Notes: generated from the letters alone by a model not told the origin. Numbered from the stretch's first letter, positions 9,533-20,119 are shown. The stretch: 34,314 nucleotides of DNA from Parachlamydiaceae bacterium (GCA_013815395.1 JACDGH010000002.1:1-34314), one strand, 5' to 3'. Translations and numbers: made by a program.

Positions 9533-10141
9533 CTATTCAGTATCGGATTCCGGTACAAAAATATCCGAATTTGTTTCTATTTCATTTAAGTAATAAGAGA
9601 ATTTAGGTGCAGATTTGTTTTTTAATTTTTCCTCTAGCAAACCTTCAATTTCTTTCATTTTAGCTATAAATTCTTGATCAATGAACTTATCAACATGTCC
9701 TTGATCCCCGAATGCTTCAGCCGCATTTTTTAATTTTATTAGTTGCTTTCTATATTCTGATTCAATTCTAGTGAATAAATTAACGCTTCCTTTTTTTCCA
9801 ATAATTTCCCCAAATATTTTAATTTGATCGATAATTTTACTTTTTAATTTTCTTGCTTTACCGCTCTCTAAAGATTCTAGGTTTCTGTATAAATTAAGGG
9901 TATTTGAAAATAAGGAGGTTATTTCATTTATTTCACCCGCGAGCGTCAGGCCATGAATTTCGGGTTTGCCTTTTTTGTTTATTATTCTATTCTTTGAAGT
10001 CTCAATAGCTCTCCATTGCACAGTACGACACCAATCACTTACTGTTATGGTAGATGGGGGTTCTTCTTTCCAATAATCGCAATATTCTACCTGAGTTGGT
10101 AGAACCTGGCACACACTTTTATTTATTACTTGAGAAGTCAT
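9533..10141 (-). CDS. hypothetical protein, tandem paralog A
   Basis: A 202-aa ORF with a GAGGGA Shine-Dalgarno upstream. It aligns with the next gene: EINEITSLFSNTLNLYRNLE vs QINEITTLFSKTFDIYTHLD, and KIIDQIKIFGEIIGKKGSVNLFTRIESEYRKQLIKLKNA vs KIVRQIKLFLDIIGKHENLSLLSKMESAYENQLVSLNEA. Confidence 0.8.
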   Translation of the reverse strand: MTSQVINKSVCQVLPTQVEYCDYWKEEPPSTITVSDWCRTVQWRAIETSKNRIINKKGKPEIHGLTLAGEINEITSLFSNTLNLYRNLESLESGKARKLKSKIIDQIKIFGEIIGKKGSVNLFTRIESEYRKQLIKLKNAAEAFGDQGHVDKFIDQEFIAKMKEIEGLLEEKLKNKSAPKFSYYLNEIETNSDIFVPESDTE

Positions 10142-10209
10142 ATTTTCCCTCTAATTAAATTTGATTAGATTAGATTAAAAATTCAAAAGTTTTTAATTTG
10201 CTATCCTGT

Positions 10210-10746
10210 TTAGGATTTTTCCCCTTTCATTTTGACGAAATATTCTTCATATCCAGAAAAAATTTGCTTTACTTCATCTTCAACATCATCCCAAATGATT
10301 GTCAAGCCTTTCTTACTAACATCACTTTTAAAAGATTTAATCACGCAAATTGCTTCATTAAGGCTAACAAGCTGATTTTCATATGCCGATTCCATTTTGC
10401 TTAAAAGACTTAAATTTTCATGTTTGCCAATAATATCTAAAAATAATTTAATTTGACGCACAATTTTAATTTTCCATTCTTTTTTTAAACCTTCGATTCC
10501 TACTATTTCCCTTTCAAAAAGATCTCTACCTCCTATAAATGCTTCATCTAGATGGGTATAAATATCAAAGGTTTTAGAAAATAAGGTTGTAATTTCGTTA
10601 ATTTGTGGAACCGTCAAGCTAGCTTTTAATTTGGCAGCATGTGACCAGTCTTTCAGGTCACTTAATAAGGGGGGTGTTTGCATCCAAGATTCAGAATATT
10701 GTACTGGTGGTGTTGGAACGCTATTTCTTCTAAGTTCAAAAGGCAT
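10210..10746 (-). CDS. hypothetical protein, tandem paralog B
   Basis: A 178-aa ORF with a GGAGA Shine-Dalgarno 7 nt upstream of the ATG. It is a paralog of 9533..10141. Confidence 0.8.
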   Translation of the reverse strand: MPFELRRNSVPTPPVQYSESWMQTPPLLSDLKDWSHAAKLKASLTVPQINEITTLFSKTFDIYTHLDEAFIGGRDLFEREIVGIEGLKKEWKIKIVRQIKLFLDIIGKHENLSLLSKMESAYENQLVSLNEAICVIKSFKSDVSKKGLTIIWDDVEDEVKQIFSGYEEYFVKMKGEKS

Positions 10747-11057
10747 GATTTTTCTCCATATTAAATTAATTAAATTAAATATTCCTTTAAATGGTAGATA
10801 TCATTTATATGCCACTCTTGAATATTTAAACGTTTTGTGATGGGCTTTTTTACAATCATAATTAAATGAATGAATAAATAATACTATATTAATTTATTTA
10901 TAGTAATTGTAAAAAAAATGATTGCATAGTAAATCGTTTTTGCATGATTGCTTATAAGACACATAAATTTTAAATATGGAAAATGCGCAGTGTATTCGAA
11001 AATGAATACTCTAACCCGGAGGATTAGAGTATGAAATTAAAGCCATTTAATTAGTTC

Positions 11058-11288
11058 TTACTTTTTAAGATGATTAAGAGCGCTTCCTGCTTTAAACCAC
11101 ACAATTTGACTTTCATTATAAGTATGGTTAAGTAAGATTTCTTCTGAATATCCATTTGCATGTCGTAAGCGCAAAGTCAAAGGCACTCCAGGGGAAAATG
11201 TAGTTAGACCGATAATCGAAAGAAGGTCATCTTCTAAAATTTTAATATAATCTGTAGGGTTGGCAAAAGTTAAGGCCAAAATCCCTTG
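11058..11288 (-). pseudogene. acn: C-terminal 76 codons of aconitase, cut off by the in-frame stop
   Basis: The same frame continues directly after the TAA as QGILALTFANPTDYIKILEDD...LLNHTYNESQIVWFKAGSALNHLKK. This is collinear with the C-terminus of mitochondrial-type aconitases ([21 protein letters not shown]). Confidence 0.8.
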
Positions 11289-13310
11289 TTATTTTAAATT
11301 GGTTTCGTGGATACGCGCAAAGCTTTTTACAATGATTGCTCGCCCACCGAGAAACCTTGGTTCCATAGCTGCATGTTCGCGCGAAGAACCTTCGCCATAA
11401 TTTTCATCACCAATCACTATCCAGCCCTTACCAGCAGCTTTATAATCGCGTGCAGTTTTAGAAAAGGCTTCAATTTCGCCATTTGTAAAATTTTTACCTC
11501 GTCCAATTTCTTCACGGAAAGCATTGACTGCACCGATAAACATATTATCAGAAATATTATCAAGATGACCCCTGAAACGTAGCCACTTACCTGCAGGAGA
11601 AATATGATCGGTTGTACACTTACCTTCAATTTTAGCCAAAAGATATAGATTAACCAGATCGGCGCCATCCCACTTAGTAAATGGCTTAAGCAACTGGATT
11701 CTAGAACTTTTAGGATCAACATCCACCTGTACTTTTGAGCCGTCGGCAGCAGGCTGTACGTAACCTGATTCCCCTGGATCAAAACCATTTTTTGGCAGTT
11801 CTTCACCATGCGGCGGCTGTAACTTGATGATTTGCCCTTGATCATTGGTTAATGTGTCTTTCATAGGATTAAATTTAAGATGACCAGAAAGTGAGATGGC
11901 AATCACAATCTCAGGGCTGGCCACGAATGAATGTGTGCCTGGGTTAGCATCATTACGGCCTGAAAAATTGCGATTATAAGATGTTAGAATGGAATTTTTT
12001 TCTCCGAAGACAACATCATGCCGTTTCCATTGACCGATGCATGGGCCGCATGCATTAGCTAGCACAAGTCCACCAATAGCTTCCAGAGTATCCAAAAGAC
12101 CATCGCGTTGAATAGTAGCACGAATCTGTTCAGAACCTGGAGTGATTGTTAGAGGGCATTTTGCTTTTAATCCATGCCTGATAGCCTGTTTTGCAATACT
12201 GGCAGCTCTTTCAATATCTTCGTAACTAGAATTAGTACATGAGCCGATAAGCGCTACAGACAATTTTTCAGGAAAATCGTGGGCATCAACCGCTTCGGCA
12301 AATTCGGATAGTTTCCAGGCTCGATCAGGTGAATAAGGACCGTTAATATATGGTTCTAGGGAGTTTAGATCGATTTCGAAAACTTGATCGTAGTAAGTTT
12401 CAGGATTAAGTTCGACATCTGTATCAGCTCGAAGGCAGTCGGAAACACCGTCTGCCAATGCGGCTACGTCCGCTCTCTCTGTGGCTCGTAAATAATCAGC
12501 CATGCGATGATCATATGGGAAAATAGAAGTGGTTGCTCCGATCTCGGCGCCCATATTGCATATTGTCCCTTTACCTGTGCAAGAAATCGACTTTGTTCCT
12601 TCGCCGAAATATTCGATAATTGCTCCAGTGCCGCCTTTAACGGTTAATATACCGGCAAGTTTTAAAATCACATCTTTAGAGGATGCCCAACCATTTAACT
12701 TCCCTATCAATTTAACCCCAATGACTTTTGGGAATTTTAATTCCCAAGGCATTCCGGCCATGACATCGACAGCATCAGCTCCACCGACGCCAATGGCAAT
12801 CATCCCTAAGCCGCCGGCATTGGGAGTATGAGAATCTGTACCGATCATCATACCACCTGGGAAGGCGTAGTTTTCAAGTACAACTTGGTGAATGATGCCT
12901 GCGCCTGGCTTCCAGAAGCCAATGCCGTATTTATTCGATATACTTTGTAAAAAGTCAAAAACCTCTTTACTTTCATGATTTGCACGATCTAAATCTTCTT
13001 TAGCACCTGTTTCGGCAAGGATCAGGTGATCGCAATGCACCGTGCTTGGCACTGCCGTGCGATTACGTCCGGAAGAATCAAATTGTAACAATGCCATTTG
13101 GGCGGTGGCGTCTTGCATGGCGACACGATCCGGAGAAAAATCGATGTAAGTCATTCCGCGTGAAGGCACATGAGTTAAGGCTTCAGGGATATGGGTGTAT
13201 AGTATTTTTTCTGTAAGTGTGAGTGGGCGATGAACTAGCTGCCGAGCGGCGTTTAGTTTAGCGGGTAATTCACTGTAAAACTTTTTAATAACATCCAAAT
13301 CGAACGGCAT
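11289..13310 (-). CDS. acn: aconitate hydratase (mitochondrial/AcnA-type), ending at an in-frame TAA
   Basis: [15 protein letters not shown], the Fe-S ligand context SCTNSSYED and [10 protein letters not shown], and the C-terminal [11 protein letters not shown] are aconitase hallmarks. The likely start is the ATG at 13310 (MPFDLDV), preceded by AGGAGA. The ORF track begins at a GTG at 13373. The stop at 11289..11291 interrupts the conserved ETNLK-K-QG. Confidence 0.9.
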   Translation of the reverse strand: MPFDLDVIKKFYSELPAKLNAARQLVHRPLTLTEKILYTHIPEALTHVPSRGMTYIDFSPDRVAMQDATAQMALLQFDSSGRNRTAVPSTVHCDHLILAETGAKEDLDRANHESKEVFDFLQSISNKYGIGFWKPGAGIIHQVVLENYAFPGGMMIGTDSHTPNAGGLGMIAIGVGGADAVDVMAGMPWELKFPKVIGVKLIGKLNGWASSKDVILKLAGILTVKGGTGAIIEYFGEGTKSISCTGKGTICNMGAEIGATTSIFPYDHRMADYLRATERADVAALADGVSDCLRADTDVELNPETYYDQVFEIDLNSLEPYINGPYSPDRAWKLSEFAEAVDAHDFPEKLSVALIGSCTNSSYEDIERAASIAKQAIRHGLKAKCPLTITPGSEQIRATIQRDGLLDTLEAIGGLVLANACGPCIGQWKRHDVVFGEKNSILTSYNRNFSGRNDANPGTHSFVASPEIVIAISLSGHLKFNPMKDTLTNDQGQIIKLQPPHGEELPKNGFDPGESGYVQPAADGSKVQVDVDPKSSRIQLLKPFTKWDGADLVNLYLLAKIEGKCTTDHISPAGKWLRFRGHLDNISDNMFIGAVNAFREEIGRGKNFTNGEIEAFSKTARDYKAAGKGWIVIGDENYGEGSSREHAAMEPRFLGGRAIIVKSFARIHETNLK

Positions 13311-13389
13311 CGCAACATCTCCTGAAATAAAACTCGTACATTTCTTTTTATCTTGTTTTTGGTAAAAAGTCACAAGCTTTTTTTAAAAT

Positions 13390-13468
13390 GAGTACCTTAT
13401 TGCCGGTGAGCCGCTAATATCTGTGGCTTAATATCAGATAGTATCGGCTCCCCGGCAACAAGGTACTC
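13390..13468. repeat. 79-nt near-perfect palindrome in the acn/nusB divergent spacer
   Basis: GAGTACCTTATTGCCGGTGAGCCG (13390..13413) pairs with CGGCTCCCCGGCAACAAGGTACTC (13445..13468) at 22 of 24 positions. An inner 6-7 bp extension (ATATCTG/CAGATAG) is also possible. Confidence 0.75.
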
Positions 13469-13529
13469 ATCCAATGCTTACCCTGAAGTCAATCAAATTT
13501 TTTCAATAGACGCTGAGTCGAATAACTTA

Positions 13530-13558
13530 TTGCGAAAGTTGCGAAATTGCTCTATAAT
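13530..13558 (+). promoter_or_regulatory. sigma70-like promoter candidate for the nusB operon
   Basis: TTGCGA (13530..13535), a 17-nt spacer, then TATAAT (13553..13558). This would give a roughly 290-nt leader before nusB. Confidence 0.4.
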
Positions 13559-13608
13559 AGCGTTTTGTCATGTTGGGTCTAAATGCTCATCTTTCGAAAA
13601 GAATTATC

Positions 13609-13741
13609 GCCCTCAGGAGCTGACAAGAAATCGAAGAAAATAGATCATACATTTGGCAAAGCCGACGCACTCGAGGGGCTTCGCCAAAGGCATCTATTTC
13701 CTTCTATTTTCTGTCAGCCTCTATGGGGCTCAGGTGTTTTT
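13609..13741. repeat. GC-rich long-hairpin repeat, copy A (same family as 23541..24151)
   Basis: The left arm is GCCCTCAGGAGCTGACAAGAAATCGAAGAAAATAGATCATACATTTGGC. It matches the reverse complement of GCCAAAGGCATCTATTTCCTTCTATTTTCTGTCAGCCTCTATGGGGC. The core GGCAAAGCCGACGCACTCGAGGGGCTTCGCCAAAGGC recurs at 24070..24100 and 23750..23780. A T7 run follows. Confidence 0.6.
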
Positions 13742-13854
13742 TTGCTATTTACCCACGGTTTTTGCCTCCGGCGCTATACTGTGTATTAGCCCATACGGGC
13801 AGTGCCTGTGGCACAAAATCTGAACTTTTACTCTCAAAAAGGATTTATTCCTGT

Positions 13855-14379
13855 ATGTCCGTGCCTGCTCAAAAATTTAGGGAAGCTGTGTTCCAATTGC
13901 TTTATAGTTATGATGTTGGACGTGGTGATGAAGATGACATGGTCGACTTGATAATGCATGAGTTAGCGATCACTAAGAAAGTGACCAAAGAAGCTCTCTC
14001 ACGCGTTGAAAAGATCCTTAAAAAACTTTCCGAAATCGATGCTATGATTGGCAAAACATCGCAATCATATACTTTTGAAAGAATTCAGAGTGTGGAGCGC
14101 AATGTATTACGCCTAGGACTGTATGAATTATTATTTGATGATGAAATTCCTCCAAAAGTTGCGCTTGCAGAGGCTATGCGAATGACCCGTAAATTTGGCA
14201 CGAAGGAATCGGCTTCTTTTGTGAATGCCATTCTGGACGCGCTTTATAAACAGAGCCTTGGGGAGCCAGTAGACATAAAACAGGTTTCATTGTCAGCTGC
14301 CGAATTGTCCAAAAGTGAACAAATAGCTTTAGAAGCAGCTTTGAATCCGCCACAAAAGCCCGAATTGGATGATGAATGA
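13855..14379 (+). CDS. nusB: transcription antitermination factor NusB
   Basis: FREAVFQLLYSYDV, ERNVLRLGLYELLFDDEIPPKVALAEAMRMTRKFG and ASFVNAILDAL are NusB signatures. The start is taken at ATG 13855. The N-terminal extension in the track (from 13723) runs through the repeat element. Confidence 0.9.
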   Translation: MSVPAQKFREAVFQLLYSYDVGRGDEDDMVDLIMHELAITKKVTKEALSRVEKILKKLSEIDAMIGKTSQSYTFERIQSVERNVLRLGLYELLFDDEIPPKVALAEAMRMTRKFGTKESASFVNAILDALYKQSLGEPVDIKQVSLSAAELSKSEQIALEAALNPPQKPELDDE

Positions 14380-15260
14380 AAAGTAAAGAGCCAGTCTTCT
14401 CTGAGCATATCCTACTAAAAGATTTTTGCACGTATGCCATAGGAGGACCCGCCCGCTACTTTTTAGAAATACGCACAATTGAAGACATGCAAGCAGCAAT
14501 AGCCTTCTGCTGCTCACATAACATTCATTACTTCGTTCTAGGTAAAGGATCAAATACCTTATTTGACGATCGCGGCTACAATGGGTGTATTTTACTTAAT
14601 AAAATTGATTTTTTTGAGCAACCCACTTCCGGAACATTTCATGTGGGTGCCGGTTACAGTTTCTCGCTTTTGGGAGTGCAGTCGGCCCGCCAAGGATGGA
14701 GTGGACTAGAATTTGCTTCTGGTATTCCAGGAAGTGTCGGTGGGGCCGTTTACATGAATGCCGGGGCGAATGGACATGAAACTTGTGAACATTTAGAGTT
14801 AGTCGATTTTGTCAATGAAGAAGGCTACTTAGAAATTATTCCTAAACAAGAATTATCATTCACGTATCGACATTCCCTTTTTCAAAAACGTAAAGGCGCT
14901 ATTGTGGGGGCTACCTTTCTATTGGAAGCGGATGCTTTAGCCCGCAAAAAGCAAATTGATATTGTAAATTATCGCATTAAAACACAACCTTACGGTGATA
15001 AGTCAGCTGGTTGCGTCTTTGTTAACCCTGATTGCGGTCATGCAGGCGCACTTATTGAGCAATATGGATTGAAAGGTTTTTCAATCGGTGGAGCAGCTGT
15101 GTCTACACTGCATGCCAACTTTTTAATCAACAATAACGGAGCTAGTTGTCAAGACATGCTAGATTTGATCCATCACATACAGGTAAAAATTAAAGAGGAA
15201 GCTGGCCTCAATCTTGAAACAGAAGTGCGTTATATCCCTTATAGTCCAGGGCATATATGA
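14376..15260 (+). CDS. murB: UDP-N-acetylenolpyruvoylglucosamine reductase
   Basis: A 294-aa ORF with an FAD-binding-type N-terminus (GGPARYF, LGKGSNTLFDD) and a MurB C-terminal domain (AGCVFVNP, LIEQYGLKG). It overlaps nusB by 4 nt (ATGA). Confidence 0.92.
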   Translation: MKSKEPVFSEHILLKDFCTYAIGGPARYFLEIRTIEDMQAAIAFCCSHNIHYFVLGKGSNTLFDDRGYNGCILLNKIDFFEQPTSGTFHVGAGYSFSLLGVQSARQGWSGLEFASGIPGSVGGAVYMNAGANGHETCEHLELVDFVNEEGYLEIIPKQELSFTYRHSLFQKRKGAIVGATFLLEADALARKKQIDIVNYRIKTQPYGDKSAGCVFVNPDCGHAGALIEQYGLKGFSIGGAAVSTLHANFLINNNGASCQDMLDLIHHIQVKIKEEAGLNLETEVRYIPYSPGHI

Positions 15261-16105
15261 ACCCATACCGTGCTGACCTTCATTGTCATTCAACTTGTTC
15301 TGATGGATCTTTATCACCAATAGAAATTATACAGTTGGCAAAAAAAATAGGCTTATCGGCTTTATCAATCACTGACCATGACACTATCGAAGCTTATAAA
15401 TCCGCATTTCCTGCAGCTAAAGAAGCCGGCATTGCATTGCTTCCAGGGGTCGAATTTTCGGCGATGCTGAATAACGTTAGTGTGCATGTTTTAGGATATG
15501 GCTTTGCTATTGATGAGCCTATCATTCAAACTTTCTGTAATCAACACTTCGAAAGACGTCATCAGCGCAATAGAGAAATTTTAAAGCTATTAGATAAGCA
15601 TGGAATGCCTATTTCCGAAGAGGAATTAATTGAAGCATGCCCATTCAATTTGGAACAACCCTTTAAACATAGCACTGGACGTCCCCATATTGCCTTAGCC
15701 ATGATAAAGAAAGGTTATATAAATAATATCTATGATGCCTTTGCAAGATATTTAGCAGAGGGTAAATCTTGTTATGCTCAAGGTGCTCCCTTTAGTGTGG
15801 AAGAAACGATAGATATTATCCACAGGTCTAAAGGAATCGCTATCATCGCTCATCCTCATCTCCAAAAAAGTAATAGAGTTATTAAAAAGCTTTTGGAAAT
15901 GAATTTCGATGGGATGGAAAGCTATTATGGTAACTTTCCTCTCCAGCGCCATCAAAAATGGTTGCAAATCGCTTTAAATAAAAACTGGTTAATTACGGGT
16001 GGCTCAGACTTTCATGGAACAATTAAGCCCCACATTCCTTTAGGGTGCTCTTGGATCGATGAAGAGAAATATCAAGCAGTACTTAATAAACTTCAATCGA
16101 TCTAA
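15257..16105 (+). CDS. PHP-domain phosphoesterase (TrpH/YciV-like)
   Basis: DLHCHSTCSDGSLSP, SITDHDT, IAHPH and GGSDFHG are PHP metal-binding motifs. It overlaps murB by 4 nt. Confidence 0.85.
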   Translation: MNPYRADLHCHSTCSDGSLSPIEIIQLAKKIGLSALSITDHDTIEAYKSAFPAAKEAGIALLPGVEFSAMLNNVSVHVLGYGFAIDEPIIQTFCNQHFERRHQRNREILKLLDKHGMPISEEELIEACPFNLEQPFKHSTGRPHIALAMIKKGYINNIYDAFARYLAEGKSCYAQGAPFSVEETIDIIHRSKGIAIIAHPHLQKSNRVIKKLLEMNFDGMESYYGNFPLQRHQKWLQIALNKNWLITGGSDFHGTIKPHIPLGCSWIDEEKYQAVLNKLQSI

Positions 16106-16113
16106 TTTCAACT

Positions 16114-17361
16114 ATGCAATATACTTATGTAGAACTTCTTGAACGTCTTTTTTCTGTCAATCTGCATAGCGGCATTAAATTAGGCTTGGATAACTGCCAA
16201 AAACTCAATGAGGCTCTTGGCTATCCTGTCAATAAATTCCCCTCCATTCATATTGCAGGAACAAATGGCAAAGGGTCTGTTTCTACTAAAATTGCAGCAG
16301 CTTTTGAAGCTTCAGGTAAGCGGGTTGGAATCTACACCTCCCCTCATATCGCATGTTTTCGAGAACGCATTCGCATTAATGGAGAAATGATTAGTGAGGA
16401 TGAGACAAAAAAGCATCTCTTGATTGTATTTAAATTAACTGAAGAGCTAAATATTCCCGCAACTTTTTTCGAAATTACAACTTTAGTGGCTTTAAATTAC
16501 TTTGCAATGCAGAAAGTGGACATTGCAGTGATCGAAACAGGATTAGGAGGTCGCCTGGATGCTACAAATATTGTTCACCCTCTCCTAACAATCATCACTT
16601 CTATCAGCCTTGATCACACCGAAATCCTAGGAAATACTCTAGAGGAAATAACTTTGGAAAAGGCAGGAATTATTAAGCCCGGAATTCCTATTGTCGTAGG
16701 CCCTAGAGTGCCAACAAAACCCATTCAAGAAATTGCAGCCCTAAATGCTTCGCCCTACATTCGGGTTGAAGGCTCTTTTGATTGTTTTCAAGCTGAAAAC
16801 AACTCCATCGCTGCCACGGCTTTAAACTATTTACATATTACTGAACAGGCTATTGAAGTGGGCCTTAAGGCTACTCCACCCTGTCGTATGGAGACGTGGC
16901 TGCCTGACCGGCTAGCAACCATTTTCCCTAATATTTCTCTACCTAAAGCGTTAATTTTTGATGTTGCTCATAACCCGGATGGAATCAGCCATTTGATCGC
17001 TGTCTTGCATCAGCAATTCCCAGGTACCTCCATCCGTTTTATAATAGGCCTTTCAAAAAGCAAAGATATCTTCACCTGTATAAATCTTATTAAAAACGCA
17101 GCTTCGCATATCTATTTAGTTGAGGCTCCTAGTGGCAGAGCAGCCCCTATTGAAGAACTTTCTAAAGAACTTTTGAGACAAGGTTTTTCGATATCCTCAA
17201 TATCTTGCGAGAGTTCAATCTCTCTTGCTGTCCAAAATGCCATTATTGCTGCCGGTCAGCTGACTAATGAAATAGTAGTTGTCTGTGGGACCTTTTTCAT
17301 TATGTCAGCTGCCCGAGCAGCGCTTGGCATCGTTGAACCTCAAGATCTTTTGTCAATCTAA
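16114..17361 (+). CDS. folC: folylpolyglutamate synthase / dihydrofolate synthase
   Basis: It has the Mur-ligase P-loop [11 protein letters not shown], plus [12 protein letters not shown] and [10 protein letters not shown]. It is 415 aa. Confidence 0.9.
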   Translation: MQYTYVELLERLFSVNLHSGIKLGLDNCQKLNEALGYPVNKFPSIHIAGTNGKGSVSTKIAAAFEASGKRVGIYTSPHIACFRERIRINGEMISEDETKKHLLIVFKLTEELNIPATFFEITTLVALNYFAMQKVDIAVIETGLGGRLDATNIVHPLLTIITSISLDHTEILGNTLEEITLEKAGIIKPGIPIVVGPRVPTKPIQEIAALNASPYIRVEGSFDCFQAENNSIAATALNYLHITEQAIEVGLKATPPCRMETWLPDRLATIFPNISLPKALIFDVAHNPDGISHLIAVLHQQFPGTSIRFIIGLSKSKDIFTCINLIKNAASHIYLVEAPSGRAAPIEELSKELLRQGFSISSISCESSISLAVQNAIIAAGQLTNEIVVVCGTFFIMSAARAALGIVEPQDLLSI

Positions 17362-19956
17362 ATTCGCTTTAAAAGCATAGCCGCCTTTTTTCTCATAAGA
17401 AAGTTCTAGATGGCTATCACTTGGAATTTTACCTTCTAAGATAGCTTTAGAAAGCATATTGATAATATCTTGCTGAATAAGACGTTTTAATGGACGAGCA
17501 CCGAAATAAGGGTCATAACCCTCTTCTGCTAATTGAGCCACCACTTCTTTGGTCCACGACAAGCTAATATTCTTATCGCGAAATCGTTTGACTAAGCTAT
17601 TTAACTGAATAACCACAATTTTTTCCATATCCGCTTTCCTTAAAGGCAGAAAAGGAAGAATGTCATCCAATCTATTGATGAATTCGGGACGAAAATGAGA
17701 TTTGATGATAGGGTCGAGAATGGTTAGAAGAAAATCTTTAGAAATCTCACCTTTAGTATGTTCCATTTTCTCTAAAAGTTGATCAGAGCCAAGATTTGAA
17801 GTCATAACGAACAAGGCATTTTTGCAATTAACGACCCGCCCTTTGCTATCAGTAATACGTCCATCATCAAAAATCTGCAAAAGAATATTAAACACATCAT
17901 GATGTGCTTTTTCAATTTCATCAAAAAGCACTACAGAATAAGGACGGCGTCTTAGAGCCTCTGTGAGCTGCCCTCCTTCATCATAGCCTACATAGCCGGG
18001 AGGTGATCCAATCAATTTAGAAACACTATGTTTTTCCATGTACTCCGACATATCAAGTCGTATCAAAGCCTCTTCCTGATTGAAAAGCTGTTCAGCTAAG
18101 GCTTTTGCAAGCTCGGTTTTACCAACACCCGTTGGACCCATAAATAGGAAAGCTCCAATAGGTCTATTTGGATCACTTAATCCGGAGCGGGAGCGACGAA
18201 TAGCTTCACTCAGTGAAGTGATGGCCATATCCTGTCCTACAACTCTTTTTTCAAGATCTTTTTCCAAATGAAGCAGACGAATAGCTTCCCCTTCAAGCAT
18301 TTTATTGACAGGGATGCCCGTCCATTTGGCAACAATCTGAGCAATAAGATTTTCATCCACCTCTTCCTGAAGAAGGCGATTTGGTTTTTCATTCAATTGT
18401 TTTTGGACAGATTCAATCTCTTTTTGCAATTCAGGAAGACGTTGATAGCGCAATTCAGCAACTTTATTATAATCGGCCTTACGTTCATATTCCTCCTCTT
18501 GGAATCGCATCTGCTCCAAGTTATTTTTTTTCTCTTTTAAAGTTTGGATCAATTTCTTTTCCTGTTCCCATTGTTGCCTGAGAATTGCCAGCTCTTCTTT
18601 GATTTTACCAATTTTTGCATCAAGTTTTTCAGCCTCAGATTTGGAATTAAGGGTTTTTTCTCTAAGTAAGGCTTGATGTTCTATAATCAAGTGAGATAAT
18701 TCCCTTTCTTTATTGTCGATAGGCAGTGGACGACTCCCGAGCTGCATGCGAATAAGACTAGCGGCTTCATCGATAAGGTCAATCGCTTTATCAGGCAAAC
18801 GACGATCAGCTATATAACGATATGATAAGTAAACAGCAGCATGGATCGCAGATTCCGTGATGCGCACACCGTGAAAAATTTCATACCGCTCGCGGAGTCC
18901 ACGCAGAATAGCAATTGAATCTTCTAAAGTGGGCTCATTTACCATGACAGGTTGAAAGCGACGCTCTAGCGCGGCGTCTTTTTCGATATATTTTTGGTAT
19001 TCGTTGATGGTGGTAGCGCCAATGCAATGTAAAGTTCCGCGTGCTAAAGCAGGCTTAAGAAGATTAGCAGCATCCATTGCCCCTTCTGTTGCCCCTGCTC
19101 CAATTAATGTATGCGCTTCATCAATAAATAAAATAATTTGACCTTCGCTTTTTTCGATATCGTGTAAAATACCTTTGAGGCGCTCCTCAAATTCCCCCCT
19201 ATATTTCGTGCCCGCAACTAAGCTACCCATATCCAAAGCAAGAAGCTGTTTATCGCGCAAAGAATCTGGCACATCCCCCTGTACGATCCGTAGAGCAAGA
19301 CCTTCGACAATTGCTGTTTTTCCCACACCCGGGTCTCCAATAAGCATGGGATTATTTTTAGTGCGGCGACTTAACACCTGCATGGTGCGACGAATTTCTT
19401 CATCGCGACCAATAACTGGATCAAGCTTGCCCTCGCGTGCTCGTGAAGTTAGATTTTTGCAATACTTATCAAGTGTCTGTAAGCTGGCTTCAGCGCTAGG
19501 GGTATCCATATGCCTATCTCCTCGAATTTTTTTAATAGTTTCTTCCAGTTCTTTTAAGGAAATACCAGAAGTTTGTTTCCATTGAGCAAAAGGCTCCCCT
19601 CCGTTTTTCCAATAGGACACTAAAAAGTGGTCGCTACTGATATGAGAATCATTCCATTGCTTAGCAATACTCTGAGCATCAGCAATGCGACTTTGCAAAC
19701 TGCGCGCTGTTCCAGGAGGTTGAGAGGTCGTACCACTAAATGTGGGCTGTCGATTGACCTCCTGCTGCACTTTCTGTATTAGAATTTCGGGCTTTGTGTT
19801 TAAATTAGTGAGGACTGAGAGGAAATACCCTTGAGGATCTTTAAGAAAGGCTAATAAGAGATCATTTTCTGTGACCTCTGTATTTTTGCGTGCTTCTGCT
19901 TTGGAAAAAGCCTCTTGAATAACGGTAGTGACAGCATCAGTGAAATTAGGATTCAT
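17353..19956 (-). CDS. clpB: ATP-dependent chaperone ClpB
   Basis: An 867-aa ORF with two AAA+ modules ([15 protein letters not shown] and [15 protein letters not shown]), a long middle coiled-coil, and a Clp N-domain. Confidence 0.97.
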   Translation of the reverse strand: MNPNFTDAVTTVIQEAFSKAEARKNTEVTENDLLLAFLKDPQGYFLSVLTNLNTKPEILIQKVQQEVNRQPTFSGTTSQPPGTARSLQSRIADAQSIAKQWNDSHISSDHFLVSYWKNGGEPFAQWKQTSGISLKELEETIKKIRGDRHMDTPSAEASLQTLDKYCKNLTSRAREGKLDPVIGRDEEIRRTMQVLSRRTKNNPMLIGDPGVGKTAIVEGLALRIVQGDVPDSLRDKQLLALDMGSLVAGTKYRGEFEERLKGILHDIEKSEGQIILFIDEAHTLIGAGATEGAMDAANLLKPALARGTLHCIGATTINEYQKYIEKDAALERRFQPVMVNEPTLEDSIAILRGLRERYEIFHGVRITESAIHAAVYLSYRYIADRRLPDKAIDLIDEAASLIRMQLGSRPLPIDNKERELSHLIIEHQALLREKTLNSKSEAEKLDAKIGKIKEELAILRQQWEQEKKLIQTLKEKKNNLEQMRFQEEEYERKADYNKVAELRYQRLPELQKEIESVQKQLNEKPNRLLQEEVDENLIAQIVAKWTGIPVNKMLEGEAIRLLHLEKDLEKRVVGQDMAITSLSEAIRRSRSGLSDPNRPIGAFLFMGPTGVGKTELAKALAEQLFNQEEALIRLDMSEYMEKHSVSKLIGSPPGYVGYDEGGQLTEALRRRPYSVVLFDEIEKAHHDVFNILLQIFDDGRITDSKGRVVNCKNALFVMTSNLGSDQLLEKMEHTKGEISKDFLLTILDPIIKSHFRPEFINRLDDILPFLPLRKADMEKIVVIQLNSLVKRFRDKNISLSWTKEVVAQLAEEGYDPYFGARPLKRLIQQDIINMLSKAILEGKIPSDSHLELSYEKKGGYAFKANLD

Positions 19957-19997
19957 GCAATTTCCCCCATGACTTTTATGAATTCATATATATTTAT

Positions 19998-20026
19998 AGA
20001 ATAAAATGATCAAATTGACTTGTCAA
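19998..20026 (-). promoter_or_regulatory. sigma70-like promoter candidate for clpB
   Basis: On the minus strand: TTGACA (20026..20021), a 17-nt spacer, then TATTCT (20003..19998). GGGGGA lies before the ATG. The -35 element sits inside the palindrome TTGACTTGTCAA. Confidence 0.35.
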
Positions 20027-20089
20027 GCATAAGCTGAAGAAGATACAATTCATTTTCTGAAAAAAAATACAAAAAATTGAAATCTCCAC

Positions 20090-20119
20090 TTGATTTAATT
20101 TACACATGTTAGCTAGAAT
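20090..20119 (+). promoter_or_regulatory. sigma70-like promoter candidate for tRNA-Ser
   Basis: TTGATT (20090..20095), an 18-nt spacer, then TAGAAT (20114..20119). It lies about 28 nt upstream of the tRNA 5' end. Confidence 0.35.

Noticed and set aside
10198-10840. Plus-strand ORFs 10198..10404 and 10631..10840
   Set aside because: They are antisense to the well-supported paralog gene 10210..10746, which has its own GGAGA ribosome-binding site.
11307-12831. ORFs 11307..11582, 11417..11845 and 12529..12831 within aconitase
   Set aside because: They are out-of-frame or antisense shadows of a strongly conserved enzyme gene.
13583-13854. ORF 13583..13789 and the N-terminal extension of the nusB ORF from 13723
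   Set aside because: Both read through the hairpin repeat element. NusB homology begins only at MSVPAQKFREAV (ATG 13855).
18080-19585. Plus-strand ORFs inside clpB (18080..18271, 18268..18540, 18381..18581, 19175..19585)
   Set aside because: They are antisense shadows of clpB.
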